A stretch of 64,000 bases of DNA, from the NCBI GenBank assembly GCA_047285805.1, contig JBJBCN010000002.1, forward strand, positions 288,001-352,000, given 5' to 3'. This document shows, piece by piece, positions 38,910 through 48,122 of the stretch. A program made the translations under genes and the position numbers. Position 1 is the first letter of the stretch; every line of letters starts with the position of its first letter. This DNA is from Synechococcus sp. GTDB taxonomy: Bacteria > Cyanobacteriota > Cyanobacteriia > PCC-6307 > Cyanobiaceae. The notes beneath the pieces are model-generated. The model ran no database searches, was not told where the DNA came from, and worked only from the letters and a program-made list of their open reading frames with translations.

Positions 38910-39704
38910 TCAACGGGCTGAGCGCCGGTTGATCTGCTCGACCGCGCGCATAGCGGCCGCGGCGGCTTCGTTCACATCCCCTTCCCAACCCGCCAGGGTC
39001 AGGCGGCCAAAGGCGCCGACGGCTTTGACGTCGACCACCGTGATGTTGCTGGCCTTTTCGGCCTCATTGGCCGCGAGCAGGACATAGCCAGCCGGTTCGG
39101 TCTCGAGAATGAACATGCTCATGCCCGCCTGAATCATCGAACCGCGCCGGTTCTGACGGTTGATCAGCACGGCATGGTCAGGCGTGATCGCCCGAATCAC
39201 CTCGGTCCAGGTCACGCTGCAGTGGGTGCGCTCGTCGACGCTGCTGCCGATCGCCTCCAGCACCACATCACCGGAGTGGAGCACATTGCTCTGGTCGCGG
39301 TGATAAAGCGCGAGGGAGCCAAAGGCCCGCTCGACGATCATCTGGCCGAGGCGGACCGTGCTGGCCTTGAGGGCAATGTCGGTGACCCGGTGCACGGCCA
39401 TGCCCGGGGAGACCTCCAACCAGAGGCAGGCATCGCCGGGGATCGGTAGGAAGCCTTGGCTCACCGTCCCCATGTAGGTGGCGAGCTGGGGTTGGAGCGA
39501 GTCGAGAAAAACGTAGGTGCGCAGCTCGATCGATTCGACCGCACTGGCTTGGCTCACCAGCCGCGCTTCGCTGTCAGTTGTGATGACACAGCTGGCGGCC
39601 GATGGATGGAGTTCATCCAGAGAGGTGCCACTGCCGCTGAATCCCAAGTCGGTGCCAGTAATCTGGACCGATGAACTGCGTCGCCTGGGATTGCGTTCGA
39701 TCAA
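38910..39704 (-). CDS. csoS1D: BMC-T shell protein CsoS1D
   Basis: [30 protein letters not shown]. Confidence 0.96.
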   Translation of the reverse strand: MIERNPRRRSSSVQITGTDLGFSGSGTSLDELHPSAASCVITTDSEARLVSQASAVESIELRTYVFLDSLQPQLATYMGTVSQGFLPIPGDACLWLEVSPGMAVHRVTDIALKASTVRLGQMIVERAFGSLALYHRDQSNVLHSGDVVLEAIGSSVDERTHCSVTWTEVIRAITPDHAVLINRQNRRGSMIQAGMSMFILETEPAGYVLLAANEAEKASNITVVDVKAVGAFGRLTLAGWEGDVNEAAAAAMRAVEQINRRSAR

Positions 39705-39904
39705 GGGGTCGGGATGCTCCCTGAAGTTGGTTCAGCACCGCCTTCAAGGCGGTGAGGTCCTCAGCTGACCAGCGGGAGGAGCGCGGCGATCTTACCGCCC
39801 GATCGCTGTGTCCTCGCTCGCTAACGCCGGCCCGAAAAGGTGTCCACGGCCACAACCGTCGCCGCTGGCGTGGCTAACACGGGCCCATCCGCGGTGCGTT
39901 AGCA

Positions 39905-40213
39905 ATGCTCACACCGTCCACCAGGCTTCGGCTGCAGAACATCGTCCACCGCATTGGTGAGGATGAGGCGGTCTCGTTGGAGGAACGGATCTACCTCCAG
40001 AAATTTGCCGACCGCCATCACGCCGTCGCGGCCTGGCTGCGCCAGGCACGCCGCCGGCAGCAGGTGGCCTCCAGCCAAGGGGTTGATCGCTTGCTGGCAG
40101 AGCTGGATTTAGGGGATGTGGAACCAGGGGCAGCCTTTCGGCCGGATCCGGAGGATCCCGGCGATCTCGGCGATTGGTTCGGCCATGCCCCGGATTGGTT
40201 GCGGCGCAGCTGA
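39905..40213 (+). CDS. conserved hypothetical protein
   Basis: LTPSTRLRLQ..VSLEERIYLQKFA..WLRRS, typical small picocyanobacterial protein. Confidence 0.8.
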   Translation: MLTPSTRLRLQNIVHRIGEDEAVSLEERIYLQKFADRHHAVAAWLRQARRRQQVASSQGVDRLLAELDLGDVEPGAAFRPDPEDPGDLGDWFGHAPDWLRRS

Positions 40214-40286
40214 TGTTCGCTTGTCTCTGAGGTCTTGCGCCGCCGGCGAGAGCCGGTACCGTCCGGCCATCACCGCAGGATTGCCC

Positions 40287-40721
40287 GTGGCTGCTAAGCG
40301 CTCTGCTACTTCTGCGTCCGCTAAGGGCGCTGCTCCCGTTCAAGACGGCGGCGATCTCAATGCGGATCAGGCGCTGGCACTCGTCAGCATGAGCCTGATG
40401 CAGAAACTGGCGGCCCAAGGCGAGTTGCCTTGGGTTTGGAACGAGGCTGAGGACGGCGGTTCCTGTGACATCGCCGGTCTGCGCCAACGCTTGGAGCTGA
40501 CTCAGCTCGCCCTGCAAACCGGTGCCCCCTTGTCCACCGCCGAAGTCACTTATTTGATGGGTTCCCGCCCCGGCAGCGCTGAGATGGAGCGCGGTGGCCT
40601 GCGTGCCCGCCGCATCAGCCGCAACGTCTGGAAGCTGAACCAGCTCTCCGGCGCCCAGCAGGGCCGCGGTGAAGTTACCAGCTTTGCAAGCTTCAATGAC
40701 GGCCGCCGTCGCTTTGGCTGA
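40287..40721 (+). CDS. conserved hypothetical protein (start approximate)
   Basis: ALVSMSLMQKL, LRQRLELT, GAPLSTAEV, RNVWKL. Confidence 0.75.
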   Translation: MAAKRSATSASAKGAAPVQDGGDLNADQALALVSMSLMQKLAAQGELPWVWNEAEDGGSCDIAGLRQRLELTQLALQTGAPLSTAEVTYLMGSRPGSAEMERGGLRARRISRNVWKLNQLSGAQQGRGEVTSFASFNDGRRRFG

Positions 40722-41090
40722 TTAAGGCAATTCGCCGCCTGCGCTGATCTCCTGATCCCAGGCGGAGATCAATTCGTTTTTCAATGTTTCAGCCTGCAGC
40801 AGAGCGCTCTCGAGCCCTCCCCACCAGTTGATGAGGGCCACCGGGACCGGCATGGCGTTGCATTCCAGTTCGTAAGACTGGATTTGATCTTCAGCATCGA
40901 TGAGGACACAGATGCTGAACTCCAGCAGCCCGTTGGGCCAGGGGTGAAGCGAAACCGTAGTGATCGCGTCCAGGTCAATGCTCCACCAAGGGGCGTCTGG
41001 TGGGACCTTGGGAACACCGGCTGGCAGGTCAAGTTTGGCCCAACCCCGCAGGACCAGTTGTTCCAGTAGGTCGTTGAGGTTGGAGCGCAT
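40722..41090 (-). CDS. hypothetical protein
   Basis: Protein-like 122-aa ORF. Confidence 0.55.
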   Translation of the reverse strand: MRSNLNDLLEQLVLRGWAKLDLPAGVPKVPPDAPWWSIDLDAITTVSLHPWPNGLLEFSICVLIDAEDQIQSYELECNAMPVPVALINWWGGLESALLQAETLKNELISAWDQEISAGGELP

Positions 41091-41187
41091 GGACAGCCCC
41101 AGATGGGGTCCCTTTGTCATGGCACGGGCCATGGGCTGCCAGCAAGCACAGATCCAGCGATGGTGAGCCCAGTTGTCCGCAACAGGG

Positions 41188-41890
41188 TTGCTGTCGTTTG
41201 CCCGTCGTCTGGTTGGGGCGTCCCCTGCCGCGCGCGGAGGCTGATGCCCAGCGGCTCCCCAGTCTGATTGCGCTGCCGATCCTGTCCTCGGATGCCCTCT
41301 CCTCGGTGGCTTACGCGACCGAGGTGGCCCTGGGGGTATTGATCTTGGCTGGCAGTGCTGCCGCTCATGGTCTGGGGGCTGGGCGGGATCAGCCGGCGCT
41401 ACAAACGGGTCTATGACGCGTCGAACTGAAGCCCGGGGAGGACACCTCGGTGCCTTGCCCATATCCTCAGGACGTTTTGGAGAACCAGAGCATCATCTGG
41501 CTGGCTTCCTGGAGTCGGCCCACGCTGGAGGCCTCGCGCTTCGCCGCCCAGGTCTCGGATCGGGTGATTGGCGTCTGGGTCTGCGAACCGAACGACGACT
41601 TTGAGGCGCTGCGCCAGCGTTGGCGTCGACTCTTCGGAGATGCCCCTCAATTTGAGTTGCGCCTGCTGGAGAAGTCCCTTCGCCTTCTTGATCGATCCCT
41701 TTGCCCATTTCGTTGCGGAGGCGGATGCCCGCTGCCCGGAGAGTCAATTCACGATCGTGATGCCGATGGCAATTCCCCGGCGGCGCTTGATCACCTGCTG
41801 CTCAACCATCGCGGCTTGAACATGCTTGAGGCCCTCAACGAACGGCGTAGCCGAGTGTTCACCGTGGTGCGCTATTTCCCTCCGGCCTAG
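41188..41890 (+). pseudogene. APC-family (KimA/YdaO-like) permease remnant with large internal deletion and frameshifts
   Basis: LSSDALSSVAYATE signature joined directly to the last TM and cytosolic domain. Confidence 0.8.
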
Positions 41891-43155
41891 AGCTTCTCGA
41901 TGCAGAACTGCAGCGCGCCGTAGCACTGCTGGAGTTCTGCATCGCTTGTGCAAAGGGGCGGTAGCAGGTACACGACATTGCCCAGGGGTCTGAGGTAGAC
42001 CCCCTGCTCGATGCAGTGGCGCTGGACGACCTTGCCGATCGGGTTCAGATAACTGTTCTCGCCAGCCTCGATCTCGAAGGCAGCCACGGTGCCGGTGCAG
42101 CGGACGTCCCGCACCTTGGGGTGCTGTGCGAGGGCTTCGAGATGCGGTTGATGGCGGGCCTCAAAGCCCTTGTAGGCCTTTGGGTTGGCCTCAAGCAGAT
42201 CCAGGCTGGCGAGGGCAGCGGCGCAACCCAAGGGGTTCGCAGTAAAGCTGTGGCCGTGGAAAAAAGTGGCGGTGGGCTCGCTGTCGCTGATGAAGCCGGC
42301 GTAGATGCGCTCACTGGCCATGGTTACCGCCATCGGCAAGAAACCGCCGGTGAGTCCTTTGGAGAGTGCCACAAGGTCAGGCTGAATCCCGGCCCGCTGG
42401 CAGGCAAACAGCGCCCCGGTCCTGCCGAAGCCGGTCATCACCTCATCGGCAATCAGCAGGCCTCCACTGGCTTGCACCTCATCGGCGACGGCCTTAAGGA
42501 ATTCAGGGCGCACCATGCGCATGCCGGCGGCCCCCTGGATGAGGGGTTCGACGATCAGGGCGGCAGTGGGGGTCTGGAGCGCCTCGCGCAAGGCTGCGAG
42601 GGCGACCGCTTCGCGCTCCGCCACGGTCTCATCACCCCAGTGGGTGGCCGGCAGCGGCAGTCGGGTCACATCAAAGAGCAGGTCGTCGAAGGCTTCGGTG
42701 AAGACCGAGCGATCACCGACGGCCATCGCCCCAAAAGTGTCGCCGTGATAGGCCCCTTCAAAGGCAATCAATTGGCGGCGTTCACTGCCTTGGTTCCGCC
42801 ACCACTGCCAGGCCATCTTCAGGGCCACCTCGACGGCGCTGGAGCCGTTGTCGGAGAAGAAGAGCCGCTCCAGACCGATGTGGGCACTGAGGCGGTTGGC
42901 GAGTTGTTCGGCTGGCCCGTGGCTGAAGTTGGCGAAGATCACCTGCTCCAGCGCTTGGGCTTGGCGCCCAATGGCGGCGGCGATGTTCGGCTCGGCATGG
43001 CCATGGAGGGTGACCCACCAACTGCTGATGGCATCGATCAGCTCACGGCCGTCTTCGAGTTCCAGCAGGGACCCTTTTGCCCGCACCACCCGTTGGGGCG
43101 CGTCGCTGCGCGCTACTTGGGTGATCGGGTGCCAGAGGTGGGGGTGCCAGGCCAT
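41887..43155 (-). CDS. bioA: adenosylmethionine-8-amino-7-oxononanoate aminotransferase
   Basis: WHP.TQ, DAISSWWVTLHGH, DEVMTGFGRTG, LSKGLTGG. Confidence 0.96.
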   Translation of the reverse strand: MAWHPHLWHPITQVARSDAPQRVVRAKGSLLELEDGRELIDAISSWWVTLHGHAEPNIAAAIGRQAQALEQVIFANFSHGPAEQLANRLSAHIGLERLFFSDNGSSAVEVALKMAWQWWRNQGSERRQLIAFEGAYHGDTFGAMAVGDRSVFTEAFDDLLFDVTRLPLPATHWGDETVAEREAVALAALREALQTPTAALIVEPLIQGAAGMRMVRPEFLKAVADEVQASGGLLIADEVMTGFGRTGALFACQRAGIQPDLVALSKGLTGGFLPMAVTMASERIYAGFISDSEPTATFFHGHSFTANPLGCAAALASLDLLEANPKAYKGFEARHQPHLEALAQHPKVRDVRCTGTVAAFEIEAGENSYLNPIGKVVQRHCIEQGVYLRPLGNVVYLLPPLCTSDAELQQCYGALQFCIEKL

Positions 43156-43158
43156 GGC

Positions 43159-44847
43159 TTAAGCGATGGCGCTGACGGCCTGCTGCAGGGCCAGGCGACG
43201 GTCCAGGCCGGTGCGCTCAGGCGGCAATTTCTTGTAGAGCCCGAGCTTCTCCAGACGGCGTTTGGTGGTGCCCGTAGCCCCAACCACAAAGACCTCACGG
43301 CCCTTCTCGATGGCCTCCTCCACCGCGTTCTCTACAGCCAGGGCGGCGGTCACCCCCAGGTGGGAGACCTCGGTGAGGTCGAAGACCACGGCGCGGCAAT
43401 CACCAATGGCGTTGTGCTCGCGGCCGATCGCCTTGGCGACACCGAAGATCATCGCCCCGTTGAGCTGGAAGAGCAGGACCTGACCGCGGGCGGCGTCGAG
43501 CAGTTGACGTTCTTCATCGCTGATTTCCAGGTCGCCGTCGCCGGTGCTGATCGACTTGACGCTCTTGCTTTGCAGAGCACTCATCTTGTCGATCGTGAGG
43601 ATGTTGGCGATGAAGACGCCAACGCCCACTGCGGCGATCAGGTCCACCAAAACGGTTAGTGCGATCACCAGATACATGATCAGTGCGCCGCTGATCGAGA
43701 TGCGGTGGGCGCGCTGGATGAAGCCCCAGTCGACGATGTCGACACCGACCTTTAAGGCGATCCCCGCGAGGACGGCTTGGGGGATTTGGGCTGCCACGCT
43801 GGTGAGGGCGAGGATCACCACCATCAAGATCAGGGCTCGGCTAATGCCTGAGAGAGCGCTGCGGCCGCCGCTCTGGATGTTGACCACGGTGCCCATGGTG
43901 GCGCCGGCGCCAGGCAGACCACCGAAGAGGCCGGAGGCGAGGTTCCCGAGGCCTTGGCCGATCAGTTCTTTGTTGGAGTTGTGCTCGGTGCGGGTGATGC
44001 TGTCGGCCACAACCGACGTAAGTAGGGCATCGATGCAGCCGAGCATGCCAAGCACGGCCGCATCCACAAACATCAGTTGCAATTCGCCCAGCTCAAAGTG
44101 GGGGATCTGCAGGGCGGGGAACCCTGAGGCGATTTCTCCTATGCGGCGGATCTCTTCGCCGCCGCTGCCCGAGAGCAGCGTGAGGGAGAGCACGGTGCCC
44201 ACCACCAGAGCAATCAGCTGTGGTGGCGCAATTTTTTTGACGGCTGCTGGGGTCAACCACAGGATCGCCATGGTGATCACCGCCAGGGTGATCTCGGTGG
44301 GCCGCGCGTTGGCGAGCAGTTGGGGCAGGTTGTTGAGCGTGCCCATGACGCCGCCCTTGGGGCTGGCCTGACCGAGGAATGGTCCCAGCTGGAGAATGAT
44401 CAGGATGAGACCGATCCCGCTCATGAAGCCCGAGATAACCGTGTAGGGCATCTGGGTCACGTAGCGACCGAGCCGCAGCAGACCAAAGGCGATCTGAAAG
44501 ACGCCCGCGAGCATGACCACGGTGAAGGCCATGGCCAGGCCGTGCTCGGGGTTGCGAGCGGTCAAGCTCGCAATGACGGTCGTCATCACCACGGTCATCG
44601 GACCGGTGGGCTCCGAGATCAGGCTCGGGGTACCGCCGAAAAGGGCCGCAAAGAGGCCCACCAGCACCGCACCCCAGAGGCCGGCGGCCGCACCGGCTCC
44701 AGACGCGACGCCGAAGGCCAGGGCCATGGGCAGAGCGATCACCGCGGCGGTGACACCGCCAAAGAGATCCCCTTTGATGTTGTTGGTGCTGATCTGATTC
44801 AGCAGGCGAAAACTTGACGCTCGTGGGGAGGTCGACGCCGGGGTCAT
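43159..44847 (-). CDS. bicA: SulP-family bicarbonate transporter with STAS domain
   Basis: ALPMALAFG, ISEPTGPM, GAGATMGTV. Confidence 0.88.
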   Translation of the reverse strand: MTPASTSPRASSFRLLNQISTNNIKGDLFGGVTAAVIALPMALAFGVASGAGAAAGLWGAVLVGLFAALFGGTPSLISEPTGPMTVVMTTVIASLTARNPEHGLAMAFTVVMLAGVFQIAFGLLRLGRYVTQMPYTVISGFMSGIGLILIILQLGPFLGQASPKGGVMGTLNNLPQLLANARPTEITLAVITMAILWLTPAAVKKIAPPQLIALVVGTVLSLTLLSGSGGEEIRRIGEIASGFPALQIPHFELGELQLMFVDAAVLGMLGCIDALLTSVVADSITRTEHNSNKELIGQGLGNLASGLFGGLPGAGATMGTVVNIQSGGRSALSGISRALILMVVILALTSVAAQIPQAVLAGIALKVGVDIVDWGFIQRAHRISISGALIMYLVIALTVLVDLIAAVGVGVFIANILTIDKMSALQSKSVKSISTGDGDLEISDEERQLLDAARGQVLLFQLNGAMIFGVAKAIGREHNAIGDCRAVVFDLTEVSHLGVTAALAVENAVEEAIEKGREVFVVGATGTTKRRLEKLGLYKKLPPERTGLDRRLALQQAVSAIA

Positions 44848-44957
44848 GACCGCTGCGGAGGGGGCCAAAACGCTACGCCTGAGCCGAATCATTTGGGGCT
44901 CGGCCGGCAGCGCGTTAGTGAATCGGGCATCCTGAGGTCTCGACCTTCGTGCGACCA

Positions 44958-46067
44958 ATGGGCGAGCCCACCAGCCTGGCGGCCCTGGAGGCCAGCTTTG
45001 AGCGGGAAGCGCGCCTGGATCAGTCCTATGTCGTGCTGACGGTTGCGGCGAGCTTGATCGCCACGTTGGGTCTGTTGGCTGACAGCGCTGCGGTCGTGAT
45101 CGGGGCCATGTTGATTGCCCCCTGGATCCTGCCCCTGCGCAGCGCCTCCTTCGCGATCCTGGAGGGCCGGTTGGCGCTCGTGGGCCGGGCCCTTCTGACG
45201 CTGGCCGTGGGGGTGGCGATCACGGTGTTGACTTCAGCGGCACTGGGGTTGGTGGCCCATCTGCCCGTGCTGGGTGATGAGGTGCTCGGACGCACCACCC
45301 CCAATCTTCTGGATTTGGGGATTGCCCTGGTGGCGGGCTCGGTGGCCACTTATGGCCGTCTGAAACCGGAAGCGGTCTCCTCCATGGCAGGAACGGCCAT
45401 CGCGGTGGCCCTGGTGCCGCCTGTCTGTGTGCTCGGATTGCTGCTGGCTTTGCAGCAATGGGACCCTGCCAAGGGGGCGGCTTTGCTGTTTGCCGCAAAC
45501 CTGCTCGGCATTCTGTCGGGGGGCTTGCTGACTTTGGTGGCCACCCAGGCCAGCCTGCGCCAGCAGCTGTTCCGCAGCCAGATGGGCCTGGTCAGCTTGC
45601 TACTGACCGGATTGCTCTTGATCCCGCTGACGGGTGGCTTTGTGACGCTGCTGGGTCAAGCGCAGCAGAGGCAGGCCCTGGAAGAGGTGGAGCGGGCGAT
45701 CACTGAAAGCCTGCGTCAGCGCACTCTTACCCTCGGGCGGGATTCTGAGCTCACCGACGTCAAGATTGATTGGAGTCAGAACCCACCCTTGATCAAGGCA
45801 GCGGTGCGGGTGAGCCGGCCGAACTTGCCGACCCCCAAGCAAGTCGCGGCCGTTCAAGATTTCATTAATCGGACCCAGAAATTCCGCTACCGCCTTTTGG
45901 TTCAGCGGGTTTCGATCGATGTGATCGGTCCTGAAACCGAACCCAACCCTGAGCCGATCCCGGTTGAGGAACCCAAGGAGCAGGCCCCAGAACCGGCTGA
46001 GCCGGCACCGGTACCGGCACCGGTGCCTCCTACTCCTTCCGTGATGGCCCCGGCTCCCCCCGCTTAA
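44958..46067 (+). CDS. DUF389 membrane protein
   Basis: DSAAVVIGAMLIAP, RTTPNLLDL, GTAIAVALVPP. Confidence 0.9.
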   Translation: MGEPTSLAALEASFEREARLDQSYVVLTVAASLIATLGLLADSAAVVIGAMLIAPWILPLRSASFAILEGRLALVGRALLTLAVGVAITVLTSAALGLVAHLPVLGDEVLGRTTPNLLDLGIALVAGSVATYGRLKPEAVSSMAGTAIAVALVPPVCVLGLLLALQQWDPAKGAALLFAANLLGILSGGLLTLVATQASLRQQLFRSQMGLVSLLLTGLLLIPLTGGFVTLLGQAQQRQALEEVERAITESLRQRTLTLGRDSELTDVKIDWSQNPPLIKAAVRVSRPNLPTPKQVAAVQDFINRTQKFRYRLLVQRVSIDVIGPETEPNPEPIPVEEPKEQAPEPAEPAPVPAPVPPTPSVMAPAPPA

Positions 46068-46123
46068 CGGTCAGGAGACATTTCGTCTGTTCTGTGCACA
46101 ATTGGGCCAGTCCGCTGCTGGCC

Positions 46124-47209
46124 ATGCCTGACGCCCTCACCTTCCTGGAGATCGTCGCCGGCATTTTGCTCCTCTTTGGCGGGGGGGAGTTGTTCGTGGC
46201 AGGGGCCGTTGCGCTCTCGCTGCTGCTCGGCATCCCTCAAATCGTCATTGGTTTGACGGTGGTTGCCTTTGGTACTAGTGCTCCTGAGTTGTTTGTGAGC
46301 CTGCTCTCGACTCTTCAGGGCAGCACAGGCGGTGATTCGATTGCCGTAAGCAATGTCCTTGGCTCCAACATCTTCAATGTGATGGTGGTGCTGGGCGCCA
46401 GCGCGGCGATAACGTCCCTGCGGGTGCGCAGTCGCTTGGTGCGGCGTGATGTGCCTTTGTTGCTCTCGGTGTCGATGGCCACGTGGGCCATGGCCTCATC
46501 CGGCAGCTTCACTTGGGTAGCAGGTCTGGCCCTGTTGACGGCCCTGGTCATCACGCTGGTGTGGGAAGTCCGCTCAGCCCGGGAAGACCACGAGGAAGGG
46601 CTCGATGACATTGACGCCGAGGGGGCTTCAACCACCCCGGTGGCCCTGTTCAAGTTGGTCGTGGGCCTGGCGCTGCTGGTGGTGGGTTCCCAAGTGTTGA
46701 TCAAGGGAGCCATCGCTGCGGCCCAAAGCTTGGGGGTCAGCGAGGCGGTCATTGGTCTGACGATTGTCTCGGCCGGGACCTCAATGCCCGAGCTGGTGAC
46801 CTCTCTGGTTGCCGCCTATCGGGGTAAGGCGGATTTGGCGATCGGCAACGTGGTGGGTAGCAACCTGCTGAACCAACTGCTGATCCTCGGCCTGTGTGCT
46901 CTTGTTTCCGGTCAGGACGGTCTCCTGGTCAGTCCGGAGCTGCTCCGCCGTGACTTCCCTGTAATGGTGCTGACGACCCTGGCTTGCCTACCGATTTTCT
47001 GGAGCGGCGGGGTGATCAACCGTCTTGAAGGTTGGCTGTTGCTTGGGGCATATGGCCTCTATCTGATTGAACAGATCCTGAGCAGCACAGCGGCACCGGG
47101 AATCGATGAATTCAGGCTCTTTGTCCTGGTGGCAGTCTTCCCTCTAGTGCTTGTGTTCCTAACCTGGACATCCCTGAGCTGGCTGCAACAGCGCAAGGCC
47201 GCTGGCTAG
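46124..47209 (+). CDS. Ca2+/Na+ antiporter (YrbG family)
   Basis: Two alpha repeats GTSAPEL / GTSMPEL, GNVVGSN. Confidence 0.93.
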   Translation: MPDALTFLEIVAGILLLFGGGELFVAGAVALSLLLGIPQIVIGLTVVAFGTSAPELFVSLLSTLQGSTGGDSIAVSNVLGSNIFNVMVVLGASAAITSLRVRSRLVRRDVPLLLSVSMATWAMASSGSFTWVAGLALLTALVITLVWEVRSAREDHEEGLDDIDAEGASTTPVALFKLVVGLALLVVGSQVLIKGAIAAAQSLGVSEAVIGLTIVSAGTSMPELVTSLVAAYRGKADLAIGNVVGSNLLNQLLILGLCALVSGQDGLLVSPELLRRDFPVMVLTTLACLPIFWSGGVINRLEGWLLLGAYGLYLIEQILSSTAAPGIDEFRLFVLVAVFPLVLVFLTWTSLSWLQQRKAAG

Positions 47210-47221
47210 AGAGCCGGCGCT

Positions 47222-47440
47222 TCAGTTGAGAACGACACCGGGGAGCATGGACACGCTGAGCCCGGCCGCGGTGGCATCGGAGTAAAGGCTCTCGCTGCTC
47301 TCCCGGTTCAAGTTCACCTTGCCGGAGCAAATCAGCTCCCAGGTGTCACTGGCGAAGTGGGTCTGCAGCCAAAGCATCCCGACGACACTGCGGTGCTTAA
47401 GGTTGTAACTCGCTCCGACGGACGTCAAGGTGATGTCCAT
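47222..47440 (-). CDS. small conserved hypothetical protein
   Basis: SVVGMLWLQTHF..W motif, 72 aa. Confidence 0.65.
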   Translation of the reverse strand: MDITLTSVGASYNLKHRSVVGMLWLQTHFASDTWELICSGKVNLNRESSESLYSDATAAGLSVSMLPGVVLN

Positions 47441-47498
47441 GGCCCATAAAAAGCTCCCCCTATTGCAGAGGGAGGAGCCGGATGCTGATGTATCAAAG

Positions 47499-47537
47499 CG
47501 AACCAAAACCAAAACCAATGGCCTTGGTTTTGGTTCG
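47499..47537. terminator. hairpin after DUF4278 gene
   Basis: CGAACCAAAACCAA / TTGGTTTTGGTTCG inverted repeat. Confidence 0.7.
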
Positions 47538-47540
47538 TGA

Positions 47541-47765
47541 TCAGCCTTGGTTGACTTCGGCCGCGGCTTCCGCCTGACGGTGGCGGTAGTGGTGGCCGCG
47601 ATACAGAAGGTCAACGGAGGCGTCGACGGAAGCGGCTTCGTGGCGGAGAGAGGCCTCGAAGTGCTGACCCCGATAAGCGTGCTGAACAGGGGTGGCGGCG
47701 GGCTGTTCGTGACTGGCGGTCTCGTAACTGATGCCGCGGTATTGCAGTTTGCTCATGGTGTTCAT
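47541..47765 (-). CDS. DUF4278 protein (YRG repeats)
   Basis: LQYRG, HAYRG, LLYRG repeats; downstream of a glutamine riboswitch. Confidence 0.9.
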   Translation of the reverse strand: MNTMSKLQYRGISYETASHEQPAATPVQHAYRGQHFEASLRHEAASVDASVDLLYRGHHYRHRQAEAAAEVNQG

Positions 47766-47808
47766 CGGGCCTCGAAGGGTCGGTGGGTTGTCCGCTTCGT
47801 GGAAGGAG

Positions 47809-47872
47809 CGTTGCTTCGCCTAGCGGTGGGCTACTTCCGGTGGAGCCAGGCCGAAAGGGGGCTCCCTCAACG
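47809..47872 (-). promoter_or_regulatory. Glutamine-I (glnA) riboswitch
   Basis: Minus strand CGTTG-A-GGGAGCC..GGCTCC-ACC-GGAAGTA-GCC..GGC-GAAG-CAACG matches the three-stem junction with E-loop. Confidence 0.9.
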
Positions 47873-47957
47873 TTTTGTCCTTCAGAAGCATTTCTAGCTA
47901 ATCGGCAATGTTCAAAATGAACAAAATGGACCTATCTATACACTTTGCAATGCATGA

Positions 47958-47973
47958 TGTGATGACTTGAACA
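47958..47973. promoter_or_regulatory. possible NtcA-like site in amt1/DUF4278 divergent promoter
   Basis: TGT-N10-ACA (TGTGATGACTTGAACA); a further GTA-N8-AAC at 48033-48046. Confidence 0.4.
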
Positions 47974-48122
47974 TTTTTCCTTCACATTCCCTCTCGTGTC
48001 TTGGTCGTCTTTGTCGGTCAAATTGCGAATTGGTAGCGACTGAAACCTTGACGGAGTTGTTTCATGAGGAACAGTGTTAGGCAATGGCGGTAATCCGTCA
48101 TCCACCCAGCGACTGCTTTTTG

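Noticed and set aside
42016..43659. Long antisense ORFs (also 19536-20918, 35102-36298, 53804-55087, 17287-18537, 31809-32930)
   Set aside because: Shadow frames of well-supported genes, expected with high-GC codon bias.
45940..46067. Short tandem repeats at the end of DUF389 gene
   Set aside because: They encode a Pro/Ala/Glu low-complexity tail.
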